The notes: generated from the sequence alone by a model not told the origin. A stretch of DNA of 43,932 nucleotides from Acidimicrobiia bacterium (GCA_041619515.1 JBFKDW010000018.1:1-43932), one strand, 5' to 3'; positions 27,525 to 37,799 are shown, numbered from the stretch's first letter. Translations and numbers: made by a program.

Positions 27525-28274
27525 ATGACCGCAGTAGCCGGCCCCTCCACCCGCCTCGCCGCCCGGGTTGTGAATGCCGAGAAGACCTACGGAACGGGCG
27601 ATGCTGCGGTTCATGCGCTGGCCGGGCTGACCGTCGACTTCGAGCGGGGCCGGTTCACGGCCATCATGGGCCCGTCCGGGTCCGGAAAGTCGACGCTGCT
27701 GCACTGCGTGGCAGGCCTCGATGAGCTCACCCGCGGCTCGGTGTTCATCGGCGACATCGAGCTGGGCTCGCTCAATGACCGCGACCTCACCTTGCTGCGC
27801 CGTGAGAAGGTCGGGTTCATCTTCCAGGCGTTCAATCTGATTCCGACGCTCAGCGCCGCCGAGAACATCACCCTGCCGTTGGATATCGCAGGCAAAGACC
27901 CCGACCCGGACTGGTACCGGCAGGTGGTGGCAACGGTCGGGCTCGGGGATCGCCTGTCTCATCGTCCCAGTGAGTTGTCCGGCGGGCAGCAGCAGCGGGT
28001 GGCGGCGGCCAGAGCGCTGGTCTCCCGGCCGGAGATCATCTTTGCCGACGAGCCGTCCGGCAACCTCGATTCGACATCGGCCGCCGAGCTTCTCGGCTTC
28101 ATGAAACAAGCCGTCGAAGAGCTGGGCCAGACAATCGTCATGGTCACTCACGATCCGGCTGCGGCCAGCTACGCCGACCGCATCGTCTTTCTCGGGGACG
28201 GCCGGGTGGTGGGAGAACTGCTCGACCCAACACAGGAGACCGTTCTCGACAAGATGAAGCAGCTCGGGGGCTGA
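27525..28274 (+). CDS. ABC transporter ATP-binding protein (LolD/MacB type)
   Basis: GPSGSGKST, LSGGQQQRVA, IFADEPSGNLD and VTHD. Confidence 0.95.
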   Translation: MTAVAGPSTRLAARVVNAEKTYGTGDAAVHALAGLTVDFERGRFTAIMGPSGSGKSTLLHCVAGLDELTRGSVFIGDIELGSLNDRDLTLLRREKVGFIFQAFNLIPTLSAAENITLPLDIAGKDPDPDWYRQVVATVGLGDRLSHRPSELSGGQQQRVAAARALVSRPEIIFADEPSGNLDSTSAAELLGFMKQAVEELGQTIVMVTHDPAAASYADRIVFLGDGRVVGELLDPTQETVLDKMKQLGG

Positions 28275-28276
28275 TC

Positions 28277-30811
28277 GTGCTGAAACTCGCCTGGAAGGGA
28301 GTTCTCGGCCACAAACTGCGGCTCGGCCTGACGGCGATCGCCGTGGTCATCGGGGTTGCCTTCGTCTCGGGCACCTTTGTCTTCACCGACACGCTCGACC
28401 GAGCCTTCAGCGGCCTCTTCGAGGAGATCAACTCGACGGTCGACCTCTATGTGCGCGGCCAGACCGAGTTCACGAACGAGGTGGTACCGATCCCGGCCGA
28501 GATCCTCGACGAGGTGAAGGCGGTGCCCGGCATCGGCAACGCCGCCGGAACCGTCCAGGGCTATGCACAGTTCATCGATGCCGATGGTGATCCGGTGGGT
28601 GGTCAGGCGCCCACCTTCGGGTTCTCCTGGGTGCCCGGCGCCGAAGATCTGTCGGTGTTGACGATCAAATCCGGCAGGCCCCCGGAACGGGCCGGAGAGG
28701 TGATGATGGACGCCGGCACGGCGGATGCCAACGACTTCTCCATCGGCCAGACCGTCAGCGTGATCCTGGTAACGGGGACCGAGGAGTTCGAGATCGTCGG
28801 CCTGGCGGGCTTCGGTGCCGAGGACAACCTGCTCGGTGCCACCCTGGCCATCTTCGACGAGCCGACCGCGTTCCGGGTGTTCGACTCGCCAAACCAGTAC
28901 GCATCGATCTCGGCCGTCGGTGACGGCTCTGTCGGGCTCGAGACCCTCGTCGACCGCGTCAACGACATCCTCCCGTCCGGCTTCGAAGCGGTGTCTGCGG
29001 ATGTCCAGAGCGAGGACGACCAGGCCGACTTCCAGGAGGCCATCGGCTTCCTCAACACCGCACTCCTGATCTTCGCAGGGCTGGCGGTCCTGGTCGGCGG
29101 GTTCATCATCTACAACACGTTCTCGATCATCATCGCTCAGCGCATGAAGGAGATGGCGCTCTTGCGAGCCGTCGGAGCCACCTCCCGGCAGGTGACTCGC
29201 ATGGTGGTGGTCGAGGCGCTCATCGTCGGGTTTGTCGCCTCGGCCGTCGGAGTCCTCGGCGGCATCGGCCTGACGTGGACCATCCGCACCGTCTTCGAAG
29301 CCACCGGCATCAGCTTCCCGCAGGGGCCGCTCACCGTGCGTCCCAATACCGTCGTGATCGGCATGGCAGTCGGCCTTTTCGTCACGCTCTTCTCCGCCGT
29401 GATCCCGGCCCGTCAGGCGTCCCGCATTCCACCCGTCGCGGCCATCACCGAAGCCACGATCGGTGGGCCCAAGTCGCTGCGCACGAGGGCGATCGCGGCC
29501 ACGGTCCTCACCGGGATCGGGGCTCTCGTCCTCTTCCTGGGTCTGTTCACCTCGGTGGGAAGCACGCTGACCATGGTCGGTCTCGGTGCGGTGGTGCTGT
29601 TTTTCGGGGTCGCAGGCCTGTCACCCCTGATCGCCCGCCGAACTGCCCGCCTGATCGGGACACCGCTCCCCCGCATGTACGGCGTGACGGGAACCCTCGC
29701 CCGCGAGAACTCCGTGCGGCGCCCCCGCCGGACCGCCGCCACCGCATCAGCGCTGATGATCGGCGTCGCCGTCGTCAGCGTCGTGGCCATCCTGGCATCA
29801 TCCCTGAAGCAGTCCATCACCGACCAAATCACCCAGAACTTCGGCACCGTCGACTTCCAGATACAGTCGTCGGCGTTCGCCGACCCTTCGATCACCGGCG
29901 TCAGCCCGGCCGTCGCCGAGCAACTCGCACAGCTGCCTGAGGTGGCGGTGGTCTCGCCGATGAGCTTCGGGTTCTGGAAGACCGAGGACGGTTCGGACCG
30001 CCAGTTGATCTCGGTCGACCCGGAGACGCTCGAGCTTGTCTTCGTAGCCGATGTGCAATCGGGCAGCGTGGCCGGCCTCGCCGACGGCGGCGTGATGCTC
30101 CAGGCCGACACGGCCGCCGACCTCGAGGTCGGGGTCGGGGACACCATCACCATGGAGTTCCCGATCACGGGCGTCGAGCAAGTGGAGGTGGACGCCACCT
30201 TTACCGGCGAGGGCCTGTCCTCGTACCTGATCAGCAACGATTTCTTCGACGACCGGTTCTCCAACAAGCTGGACTTCATGGTGTTTGTCAATCTCGCCGA
30301 AGGAGTCGACCTCACGACGGGGCGGGCGGCGGTCGAGCGGGTACTCGAGCCCTACCCGAACGTGGAGTTGAGCGACCAGGCCGAGTTCATCGAGAACCAG
30401 AAGGCACAGATCGACGTTCTGCTCACGATCATCAATGCCCTCCTGTTTCTGGCCGTGTTCATAGCGCTGCTGGGCATCGTCAACACGCTGGCCCTCTCCA
30501 TTTTCGAGCGCAAGCGGGAGCTGGGCCTCCTGCGGGCGGTGGGGATGACCCGGCGACAGGTGCGCCGCATGATCCGGTGGGAAGCCGTCATCACGGCCCT
30601 GTACGGCACCTTTCTCGGCCTGGTTCTCGGAATCCTCCTCGGGTGGGCGGTCGTCTCTGCCCTCGCAGACGAAGGGCTGACCCTGGGCTTCCCGTTCCAG
30701 CTGCTCCTCACCTACGTGGTGTTCGCCGCGATCGGGGGGGTCCTCGCCTCGATCTGGCCCAGCTTCCGGGGCGCCCGCACCAACGTGCTGGAAGCCATCT
30801 CCTACGAATGA
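28277..30811 (+). CDS. FtsX/MacB-like ABC permease (duplicated)
   Basis: Two FtsX C-terminal repeats (R.KEMALLRAVGA and ERKRELGLLRAVGM) and large extracytoplasmic loops. Confidence 0.93.
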   Translation: MLKLAWKGVLGHKLRLGLTAIAVVIGVAFVSGTFVFTDTLDRAFSGLFEEINSTVDLYVRGQTEFTNEVVPIPAEILDEVKAVPGIGNAAGTVQGYAQFIDADGDPVGGQAPTFGFSWVPGAEDLSVLTIKSGRPPERAGEVMMDAGTADANDFSIGQTVSVILVTGTEEFEIVGLAGFGAEDNLLGATLAIFDEPTAFRVFDSPNQYASISAVGDGSVGLETLVDRVNDILPSGFEAVSADVQSEDDQADFQEAIGFLNTALLIFAGLAVLVGGFIIYNTFSIIIAQRMKEMALLRAVGATSRQVTRMVVVEALIVGFVASAVGVLGGIGLTWTIRTVFEATGISFPQGPLTVRPNTVVIGMAVGLFVTLFSAVIPARQASRIPPVAAITEATIGGPKSLRTRAIAATVLTGIGALVLFLGLFTSVGSTLTMVGLGAVVLFFGVAGLSPLIARRTARLIGTPLPRMYGVTGTLARENSVRRPRRTAATASALMIGVAVVSVVAILASSLKQSITDQITQNFGTVDFQIQSSAFADPSITGVSPAVAEQLAQLPEVAVVSPMSFGFWKTEDGSDRQLISVDPETLELVFVADVQSGSVAGLADGGVMLQADTAADLEVGVGDTITMEFPITGVEQVEVDATFTGEGLSSYLISNDFFDDRFSNKLDFMVFVNLAEGVDLTTGRAAVERVLEPYPNVELSDQAEFIENQKAQIDVLLTIINALLFLAVFIALLGIVNTLALSIFERKRELGLLRAVGMTRRQVRRMIRWEAVITALYGTFLGLVLGILLGWAVVSALADEGLTLGFPFQLLLTYVVFAAIGGVLASIWPSFRGARTNVLEAISYE

Positions 30812-31057
30812 GGCAACCCTTCGGGTTGCTGGGCAGGTGCTTCGCAACTGCGGGCAGGTGCCGACCCTTTGGGATGCTGGCAACCCTTCGAATCGCTGGG
30901 CAGGTGCTTCGCAACTGCGGGCAGGTGCCGACCCTTTGGGATGCTGGCAACCCTTCGGGTTGCTGGGCAGGTGCTTCGCAACTGCGGGCAGGTGCCGACC
31001 CTTTGGGATGCTGGCAACCCTTCGAATCGCTGGGCAGGTGCTTCGCAACTGCGGGCA
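30812..31057. repeat. Intergenic 67-bp tandem repeat, 3.7 copies, alternating A/B variants (134-bp higher-order unit)
   Basis: GGCAACCC starts at 30812, 30879, 30946 and 31013. Units differ only by GGTT versus AATC after TTCG. Confidence 0.95.
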
Positions 31058-31125
31058 CAAGTGCGGGCAGGCATGATCGGTAGGCAGCAGCTGAGCGTGT
31101 CGGTTCTTGGCTGGAGACGATTCTC

Positions 31126-31168
31126 TCTTCCCCCGGAGGGGGAGGTGGCCCGCAGGGTCGGAGGGGGC
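31126..31168. repeat. REP-like double-hairpin element
   Basis: TTCCCCC-GGA-GGGGGAG followed by GGCCC-GCA-GGGTC and GGAGGGGG, a typical REP architecture. Only one copy occurs in the window. Confidence 0.55.
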
Positions 31169-31264
31169 GCTCACACCAGCGATCCGGGACTGCCCCACGT
31201 CCCGGCGACCCCGGTCTCTGCGGGAGCGGTCCGGTTGGAGCCCGACGGCATCTAACGTCTGCCT

Positions 31265-32113
31265 GTGAGCGACGAGGGATACTTCGGGCCCGACAGCATG
31301 TTCTGGAGGGTCAACCAGGAGCTGTATTCACTGTTCGGGGGTGCGCGCGCCCTGCTCATGCAGGCTGCACACCCGCTGGTGTCGGCGGGCGCCCGCCAAA
31401 CCAGCTTCTATGCGCGAGACCCCTGGAAGAGGCTCATCCGGACGGTGCAGCTGCAATTGATTCTCGCCTTCGGATCCAAGCACGAGGCTGAAGCGACCGC
31501 CGACCGGATCAACAAGTTGCACGAGACCATCAACGGCATCGACCCGGTCACCGGCCTCCACTACGACGCACTCGACCTCGACTTGCTGCTGTGGGTGCAT
31601 GCCACGCTCGAAGAAAGCACGCTCATGTTCTACGAACGGACGGTCCGCCCCCTGAGCCCATCCGAGCGAGAGCAGTACCACCGGGACAACCTCATCTCCG
31701 CCGAATTGATCCGGCTTCCCGCCCATCATGTCCCGCCCTCCTATCCCGAGCTGCGCCGGTACATCCAGGAGGTCGTGAGGGGAACCGACCTCCTCCTCAC
31801 CGACGTCGCCCTGGAAGTGTTCGACCTGATGCGCGGCGGACCGGTGCCCCGAACCGTGAAGCCCGTCTGGCTGTTCATCGCCTTTGCCGCCAGAGGGACG
31901 CTCGCTCCGGAACTGCAGGAGCTGTACAACATCACATGGGACGCCAAGCGTGAACGGCTGCTGGACGCCAACCTGGCGCTGCTACGCCGCACCCGGCCGT
32001 TCCTACCGGACCGGCTTCGCACCGTGCGGCCGGCCGCCTGGGCCGAGCGCCGCCTCGCCGGTGAGCACATCGATCTGATCGAGAAGGCACGGGAAGCCCG
32101 CCGGCAGCTGTAG
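31265..32113 (+). CDS. Oxygenase MpaB / DUF2236 family protein
   Basis: GYFGPDS.FWRV, ALLMQAAHP, DPWKRL, INKLH and LLWVHATL. Confidence 0.88.
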   Translation: MSDEGYFGPDSMFWRVNQELYSLFGGARALLMQAAHPLVSAGARQTSFYARDPWKRLIRTVQLQLILAFGSKHEAEATADRINKLHETINGIDPVTGLHYDALDLDLLLWVHATLEESTLMFYERTVRPLSPSEREQYHRDNLISAELIRLPAHHVPPSYPELRRYIQEVVRGTDLLLTDVALEVFDLMRGGPVPRTVKPVWLFIAFAARGTLAPELQELYNITWDAKRERLLDANLALLRRTRPFLPDRLRTVRPAAWAERRLAGEHIDLIEKAREARRQL

Positions 32114-32157
32114 CCCCAACGGCCGGCCTGGCCCCCGCCCCCACGAGCCGGCGCCGG

Positions 32158-32448
32158 TCAGCCGCCTCGCACCAGCTCGACCCAGGCCTCATAGGTCGGC
32201 ACGTTGCGCTTCAATCGCAAAGCGGTCTCGCAGGTTGCGTGGTCGCATCTCGGCTGGCCGTCGGCAGCGGCGAAGTCGAACATGCATATGTCGCACGTGA
32301 CTTCGAGCTCCTTCGGCAGGCCGGGACAGTCATAGGAGCTGCACGGACGCTCACCTTCGATGCCCATCTTCTCCGGCGAGCATCCCGGGCACCTCGGGCG
32401 AAAGGCCCTCACTTCGGGCGGGAGAGACAGTGCGCCGAATTGGGTCAT
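32158..32448 (-). CDS. Small 8-Cys hypothetical protein
   Basis: CPGC, CSSYDC, CDIC and CDHATC; fills the gap between convergent and co-oriented neighbours. Confidence 0.7.
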   Translation of the reverse strand: MTQFGALSLPPEVRAFRPRCPGCSPEKMGIEGERPCSSYDCPGLPKELEVTCDICMFDFAAADGQPRCDHATCETALRLKRNVPTYEAWVELVRGG

Positions 32449-32581
32449 ACCAATCCCGTCGTCGTGTGTGACTCAATTGTCGAGCGGTTGCCGGGGTCCA
32501 CATAGAGCACTAGGACCCTTTGGTCACATTGAGCCGCCCGGGCGTCGCGTCCCATTTTCCGAGCCGGGTCAGGCCATGCGG

Positions 32582-33061
32582 CTACAGGCCGGCATAGTTC
32601 ACTCGGGATTCGCGGCCGAACGGCCCCACCGCATCCCGCTCGGAGGAAGTATCCGGCATCACCCCCAGCTCTATCAAGGCGAGGAGTGCTTGTCCGTACG
32701 CATTCGATGCGCCGCCATCGCGATATTCGACGATCTCGTCGCCAACATCCACGGCGCACACGAACTCGGCACCGTCGGGGGTGAGGGCAACGAACCGCTC
32801 TCCGAGCAACGAGCGCAACTGGGCCTCCGTCGGAAGCCACACGACCTCGCCGTGGAGAATCGAGTCGAGCGACCATTCGACGGCGCCGTTGAAGGTGATG
32901 GCGGCGCCACCCGCCAAGTGCTGGACGTCGACGGTCATGTCGGACAGCACGAAGACCCGGTCGTCCAGGCCCCGATCTGGGATGAAGAAGATGTCATACA
33001 GTGCGGGGCGCCACTGCAATCCCCGATCACGCAGCGTCCGCGCCAGCTCGACCGAAATCAT
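32582..33061 (-). CDS. Conserved actinobacterial hypothetical protein (often auto-labelled CpaE)
   Basis: LRDRGLQWRP...FVLSDMTVDV...FNGAVEWSLDS...WLPTEAQLR. No ATPase or receiver domain is visible, so a true CpaE function is unsupported. Confidence 0.75.
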   Translation of the reverse strand: MISVELARTLRDRGLQWRPALYDIFFIPDRGLDDRVFVLSDMTVDVQHLAGGAAITFNGAVEWSLDSILHGEVVWLPTEAQLRSLLGERFVALTPDGAEFVCAVDVGDEIVEYRDGGASNAYGQALLALIELGVMPDTSSERDAVGPFGRESRVNYAGL

Positions 33062-33096
33062 GCTGGCAGGTTATCCGTATCGCCGCCCTGGGGAAT

Positions 33097-33112
33097 TGTG
33101 ATTGTTTTCACA
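33097..33112. promoter_or_regulatory. CRP/GlxR-family binding site TGTGA-N6-TCACA
   Basis: Perfect consensus TGTGA-TTGTTT-TCACA, extended to ATTGTGA/TCACAAT, in an AT-rich divergent intergenic region. Confidence 0.8.
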
Positions 33113-33162
33113 ATCGCACAAGCCTGCTCGAGATCGTGTATTCTCGGCATGAGGGAGGTGCC

Positions 33163-33468
33163 ATGGCTCTACTCCTCGGCGCATTCATAGCGCTGGTCGT
33201 TCTGATGCTGGTTCTACTCCTGTGCGACTTCGATGTCAGCCAAACTCGCCGCATCGAGGCACAGGTGGCGCGGGACGCCATCCGGATCCGCAAGCGGACG
33301 CTGCGCGGCTGGTCGGCGGACCGTATCGCCGCCCGCTATCCCGACGTTCCAATGGAACAAATCCGCCGGGTGCGCCGGGAGATGGCCCGGAGCATCGCCG
33401 CCACCCAGGAGATACGACTCCTCGAAACGCTCTGGTCCCTGGAGGTGACCGAAGCCGAGTACGAGTAG
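33163..33468 (+). CDS. Small membrane-anchored hypothetical protein
   Basis: GGGAGG RBS, N-terminal TM helix and Arg-rich helical C-terminus. Confidence 0.7.
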   Translation: MALLLGAFIALVVLMLVLLLCDFDVSQTRRIEAQVARDAIRIRKRTLRGWSADRIAARYPDVPMEQIRRVRREMARSIAATQEIRLLETLWSLEVTEAEYE

Positions 33469-33469
33469 T

Positions 33470-33506
33470 CGCCGTCCCGGGTGGTCGGCGTCACCGGGAT
33501 GGCCGA
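33470..33506. terminator. GC-rich hairpin between convergent genes
   Basis: ccgtcccgg...ccgggatgg inverted repeat with no U-tract. Confidence 0.4.
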
Positions 33507-34469
33507 TCAGTCGCCGGCCACGAAGAAGGCCAGCAGGCCCTCGGTGGAGATACCGACCCGGTAGCCGAAATAGCCGCCGAACCGATCCCACTCGGCCACC
33601 GCCTCCGCACCGAACACTTCCGTGAGCTCACTGCGCTGGTCCTCCGGCAGGGTTCTCCAGTCCTCCAGGAACGCCTGCGGCCAGGCGTAGATGGTCCCGT
33701 CCTCGGTCAATCCGGGATCGAGAGTCAGCACCAGGGCCAGGTCGAGCATGGGGGTGGCACCGCGCATCTCCGCCGCCCGCCAGAACTCGGCAGGATCCTC
33801 CACCGGACCCCCGAACGAGATATTGGCGTCGTCCCTCAATGCAATGGCTGCCAGCGATTCGAAGTCACACGCCGCAGCGGCGGAGAAGAGGTCCTCCCGC
33901 AGAGCTGCGACCGCCTCGGGCAGATCCTGGTCGGGCAGTTCAGGCAGCCGGACTCCGGCGGCCGAACATGCGTCGATCCCACGGTCGTCAAGGTCGTACG
34001 GCTCGACGAGGATCGGTTGCAGGAGCGCCCAATCGGAGATCTGGCACCCGTCGGCGCGGCCGATGCTGACCTCAACCGGTTCCCCGGTCAGGGTTCCCGT
34101 GATAACCGCGACCTCGCTGCCGCCGTAGATCATGGTGCACACCCGGTCCGAAGGGGGCCCGTTCAGCAGCAGTTGCTGCGCCTCGCTCGAGGATCGGAGG
34201 AACTCACATGCCGACACGGCACGAGCAGCCAGGTACCCGTTGGCGGTTTCCTGGGCGTCACAGATGAGGGTTGCAACGAACTCGTTGGGCGCCCCCTCCC
34301 GTCCGATCGTGATGTCGAGATGGGCAGTGAACGGCGGGACGGTGGTCGTTGTCGTGGTCGTGGTGGTCGTGGGGTTCGTATCCGTGTTGATCGGGTCGTT
34401 CTCGGCGGTTCCGCACGCACTTGCGACAATCGCAAGCAGCACTGCCACCGCCATCGTGCGCACATACAT
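33507..34469 (-). CDS. Lipoprotein with SSI (subtilisin-inhibitor-like) domain plus C-terminal domain
   Basis: Lipobox ASAC, poly-Thr linker, and ATLIC...ACEFL...VCTMIYGG...ADGCQISDW. Confidence 0.72.
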   Translation of the reverse strand: MYVRTMAVAVLLAIVASACGTAENDPINTDTNPTTTTTTTTTTVPPFTAHLDITIGREGAPNEFVATLICDAQETANGYLAARAVSACEFLRSSSEAQQLLLNGPPSDRVCTMIYGGSEVAVITGTLTGEPVEVSIGRADGCQISDWALLQPILVEPYDLDDRGIDACSAAGVRLPELPDQDLPEAVAALREDLFSAAAACDFESLAAIALRDDANISFGGPVEDPAEFWRAAEMRGATPMLDLALVLTLDPGLTEDGTIYAWPQAFLEDWRTLPEDQRSELTEVFGAEAVAEWDRFGGYFGYRVGISTEGLLAFFVAGD

Positions 34470-34571
34470 CGTCTGATCTCCTTGTCGGTATGGATGTATC
34501 GCGTTGAGACGTCCATATCGAGCCGCCGGTTCCAGAATCCCAGGGCGGGTGCGGGCGCCCCGCCGGCTTCG

Positions 34572-35447
34572 CTAGTCGGGGAACACGCCTGCTCGCAGCA
34601 GCGCCGACGGTGGGTTGATTCCCAGAGCCTCACCGACCCATCGGGCGATCTCGATGAGCCGATCCAGGTCGAGCCCGGTGCTGCGCCCGGCCCGATGCAG
34701 CATGTAGACCAGGTCGTCGGTGGCGATGTTGCCGGTGGCGTTGGGGGCAAACGGACATCCTCCGATCCCCCCGATGCTGGAGTCGGCGGTCTCGACACCC
34801 GCTTCGATGGCCGCAAACGTGTTGGCGATGCCGGTATGGCGCGTGTCGTGAAAGTGGACCCGCAGTGGTAGATCGCCGGTCACGGCCCGAACGGCGTCGA
34901 TCCGAGCCTGTACCGACCAGGGATCGGCAACCCCGATGGTGTCGGCCAGCGCAATCTCGTCGCAGCCGGCCTCGGCCAGCTGCCGGGCGATGCCGACCAC
35001 CGTGTCCTCGGCCACCTCGCCCTCGTACGGGCACCCAAATGCGACCGAGATGGTTCCCGTCACGGGCAGCCCGGCTGTCCCCACCACCCCGGAGATGAAT
35101 TTGATCGTCTCGTCGGGGGTGGCTGCCACGTTCGCCTGGTTGAAGCCGTTGGTGGCGCCCACCGGGATGTTGACCTCGTCGAGCTCGACCTCCTGAGCGC
35201 GCTCCCAGCCTCGCCGGTTCATGACCAGCCCGATGCGGGAGAAGTCGGAGCGGCCGGCGAAATGCCCGGCCACCGCTTCGGCGTCGGCCGTCTGGGGTAC
35301 CCGGGCGGGATGGGCGAAGCTCACGATCTCGATGCGGGAGGCCCCGGCCGCCACCAGCCCTTCCACCAGGTCTACCTTGCGAGAGGTTTCCAGGACCACG
35401 GACTCATTCTGGAGGCCGTCGCGGGGCCCAACCTCAACAATCTGCAT
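34572..35447 (-). CDS. Hydroxymethylglutaryl-CoA lyase
   Basis: VEVGPRDGLQNE, FGCPYEG, LADTIG, HFHDTR and GGCPFAPNATGN. Confidence 0.93.
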   Translation of the reverse strand: MQIVEVGPRDGLQNESVVLETSRKVDLVEGLVAAGASRIEIVSFAHPARVPQTADAEAVAGHFAGRSDFSRIGLVMNRRGWERAQEVELDEVNIPVGATNGFNQANVAATPDETIKFISGVVGTAGLPVTGTISVAFGCPYEGEVAEDTVVGIARQLAEAGCDEIALADTIGVADPWSVQARIDAVRAVTGDLPLRVHFHDTRHTGIANTFAAIEAGVETADSSIGGIGGCPFAPNATGNIATDDLVYMLHRAGRSTGLDLDRLIEIARWVGEALGINPPSALLRAGVFPD

Positions 35448-35586
35448 GATGCCGCGAGGGTAGCCGCCACCCGATTTGGACTGGGCCTCAGGCGGGCTGT
35501 AATGGCCGGGTGATGGAACCTCGCCCACCGCCCCGGCCGGCCGCACCGCCGCCGGCAGGCGGCATCCCGTACGATCGAGACCGCAG

Positions 35587-36786
35587 GTGAAAGCCATCCC
35601 ACGCCAGACTCGCGTCCTCACCGTCGGCATCTTCCTCACGATGACCGGCCTGACGCTGGTGGCGCCGATTCTGCCCCTGTATGCCCGCGAGTTCGGAGTC
35701 AGCCGGACCGCAGCCGGAGCCCTCATCTCGGGTTTTGCAGCCGCCCGCCTCGTGTTCGACGTGGTCGGAGGCGTGGCCTCGGATCGAGTCGGTGCGCGCA
35801 AAGTCATGCTGGCTGCCGCCGGGCTCCTCACCGCCGCCAGCGTGGGAGCTGCCCTGGCGCCCAACTATCCCGTGCTGCTGCTCACCCGGGTCCTGGAGGG
35901 GTTCGGCTCGGCTGCGTTCGCCACTTCGGCCATGAGGCTGATCGTCGTCACGACCCCCAAAGAACGCCTCGGTCGGACAATGGCCTTCTACCAGACCGGA
36001 CTGCTGGCCGGGGTCTCGGTAGGCCCCCTGGTGGGCGGAGTGGCGGCCGAGCTGGGCGATTTCACGACTCCGTTCTGGGTATACGCGCTGCTCGGCGGGC
36101 TGGTGGGCCTCCTCGTCTGGCGCTACATCGAAGCTCCGGAGATCCACGCCACCACGGTCGGCCAGGTGTATCGAGCCACCAGGGTCCTTCTACGCAGTTC
36201 CGCCTTCACTGCGCTCATGTTCGTGAGTCTCTCCATCTTCTTCATGCGCTCGGGTGCCCGCCTCACCCTGCTGCCGCTCTACGCCGGAGAAGAGCTGGGC
36301 TTGAGCGAAGCCCGGATCGGGCTGGTACTGGCACTGGGTGCCGTCATGACTCTGTCGGTGGTCAATATCGGGGGCTGGCTGCTCGATCGGATCGGGCGGG
36401 TGCCGGTCCTCATCGCCGGGTTGCTGGCCACCGCCGCCACCATCGCCGCCCACGGCGCGGTCACCACCCTGCCCGGCTTGCTCATCGTATCGGCGGGCTT
36501 TGGCCTGGCCGCCGGCATCATGGGGACCGCTCCCCCGACCCTGGCGGGCGACCTCTCGACCCCCGGCGCCGAAGGCGCCTCCGTCGGGTTGTACCGCATG
36601 GCGGGGGACCTGGGTCTGGTGCTCGGGCCCCTGGTGCTGGGGCGGGTGGCGGACGGAGGAGCGTTCGAAGCCGGCTTCCTGCTGTCGGCCGGACTGTTGG
36701 TGATCGCCGCAGGCGCGGCCACGGTGATCGGCCGCAACACGGTCGGGCCGGGCTCGGCCTCCGCCCGGGCCACCGACCTCACCTAG
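35587..36786 (+). CDS. MFS transporter
   Basis: About 12 TM segments, with motif A in both halves ([10 protein letters not shown] and GWLLDRIGR). Confidence 0.92.
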   Translation: MKAIPRQTRVLTVGIFLTMTGLTLVAPILPLYAREFGVSRTAAGALISGFAAARLVFDVVGGVASDRVGARKVMLAAAGLLTAASVGAALAPNYPVLLLTRVLEGFGSAAFATSAMRLIVVTTPKERLGRTMAFYQTGLLAGVSVGPLVGGVAAELGDFTTPFWVYALLGGLVGLLVWRYIEAPEIHATTVGQVYRATRVLLRSSAFTALMFVSLSIFFMRSGARLTLLPLYAGEELGLSEARIGLVLALGAVMTLSVVNIGGWLLDRIGRVPVLIAGLLATAATIAAHGAVTTLPGLLIVSAGFGLAAGIMGTAPPTLAGDLSTPGAEGASVGLYRMAGDLGLVLGPLVLGRVADGGAFEAGFLLSAGLLVIAAGAATVIGRNTVGPGSASARATDLT

Positions 36787-36839
36787 CCGGCGCACCCGAT
36801 TGCTTCCTATGCTCTCGCCACCAATTGAAAGGCGCTTCC

Positions 36840-37799
36840 ATGCAGTATCGGCGGCTCGGCAACTCGGGAATTCAGCTCAGCGTGCTCTCATTCGGGTCGT
36901 GGGTGACATTCCACAACCAGTTCGGCGACGACCTCGCTCGCCAGAGTATGCAGGCCGCCTTCGAGGCGGGAGTGAACTTCTTCGACAATGCCGAGGTGTA
37001 TGCCGGTGGCGAGTCCGAGCGTCTCATGGGCAGGGCCATCAGGGATTTGGGGTGGGATCGCCAGGAATTCGTGATCTCCTCCAAGTTCTACTGGGGAATC
37101 CGGCCGGGTGTGAACATGCACAACACCCTGAATCGAAAGTACCTGATGCAGGCGATCGACGGATCGCTCGAGCGGCTGGGTATGGACTTCGTAGACCTCG
37201 TGTTCGCCCACCGGGCCGACCCCGAGACGCCCATCGAGGAGACGGTGTTCGCCATGCACGACATCGTCTCTTCCGGCAAAGCCCTCTACTGGGGAACGTC
37301 CGAGTGGCCGGCCGATGACATCCGGGCGGCGTGGGAGATCGCCGACAAGCATCACCTGCACAAGCCGCAGATGGAACAACCCGAGTACAACCTGTTCCGG
37401 CGGCGGTCGGTCGAGAAGGAATACGCCAGGCTCTATGACGAGATCGGCCTGGGGACCACGACGTGGAGCCCGCTTGCCTCGGGACTGCTGACCGGCAAGT
37501 ACCTCGACGGGATCCCAGAGGGAAGCCGCGGGGCGCTCCCCGGTTACGAGTGGTTGAAGGATTCGCTCACGGACGACGAGCGGTTGGAGAAGGTCCGGCG
37601 GCTCAAGGTGGTGGCCGACGACCTGGGGTGCTCCCTCGCTCAGCTGTCGATCGCCTGGTGTGCCGCCAACCCGCACGTGACGACGGTCATCACCGGGGCC
37701 AGCCGGGTGGAACAGGTGCACGAGAACCTGGCGGCGATCGATGTCATCGACCGCCTGGATGCCGGCGTGCTGGCCCGCATCGACGAAGTCATGGCCTGA
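36840..37799 (+). CDS. Aldo/keto reductase (Kv-beta-like)
   Basis: [30 protein letters not shown] and [13 protein letters not shown]. Confidence 0.94.
   Translation: MQYRRLGNSGIQLSVLSFGSWVTFHNQFGDDLARQSMQAAFEAGVNFFDNAEVYAGGESERLMGRAIRDLGWDRQEFVISSKFYWGIRPGVNMHNTLNRKYLMQAIDGSLERLGMDFVDLVFAHRADPETPIEETVFAMHDIVSSGKALYWGTSEWPADDIRAAWEIADKHHLHKPQMEQPEYNLFRRRSVEKEYARLYDEIGLGTTTWSPLASGLLTGKYLDGIPEGSRGALPGYEWLKDSLTDDERLEKVRRLKVVADDLGCSLAQLSIAWCAANPHVTTVITGASRVEQVHENLAAIDVIDRLDAGVLARIDEVMA

Noticed and set aside
30812..31057. Possible CRISPR array, or coding ORFs through the repeat
   Set aside because: No unique spacers and no cas genes in the window. The 67-bp period shifts the frame in every unit.
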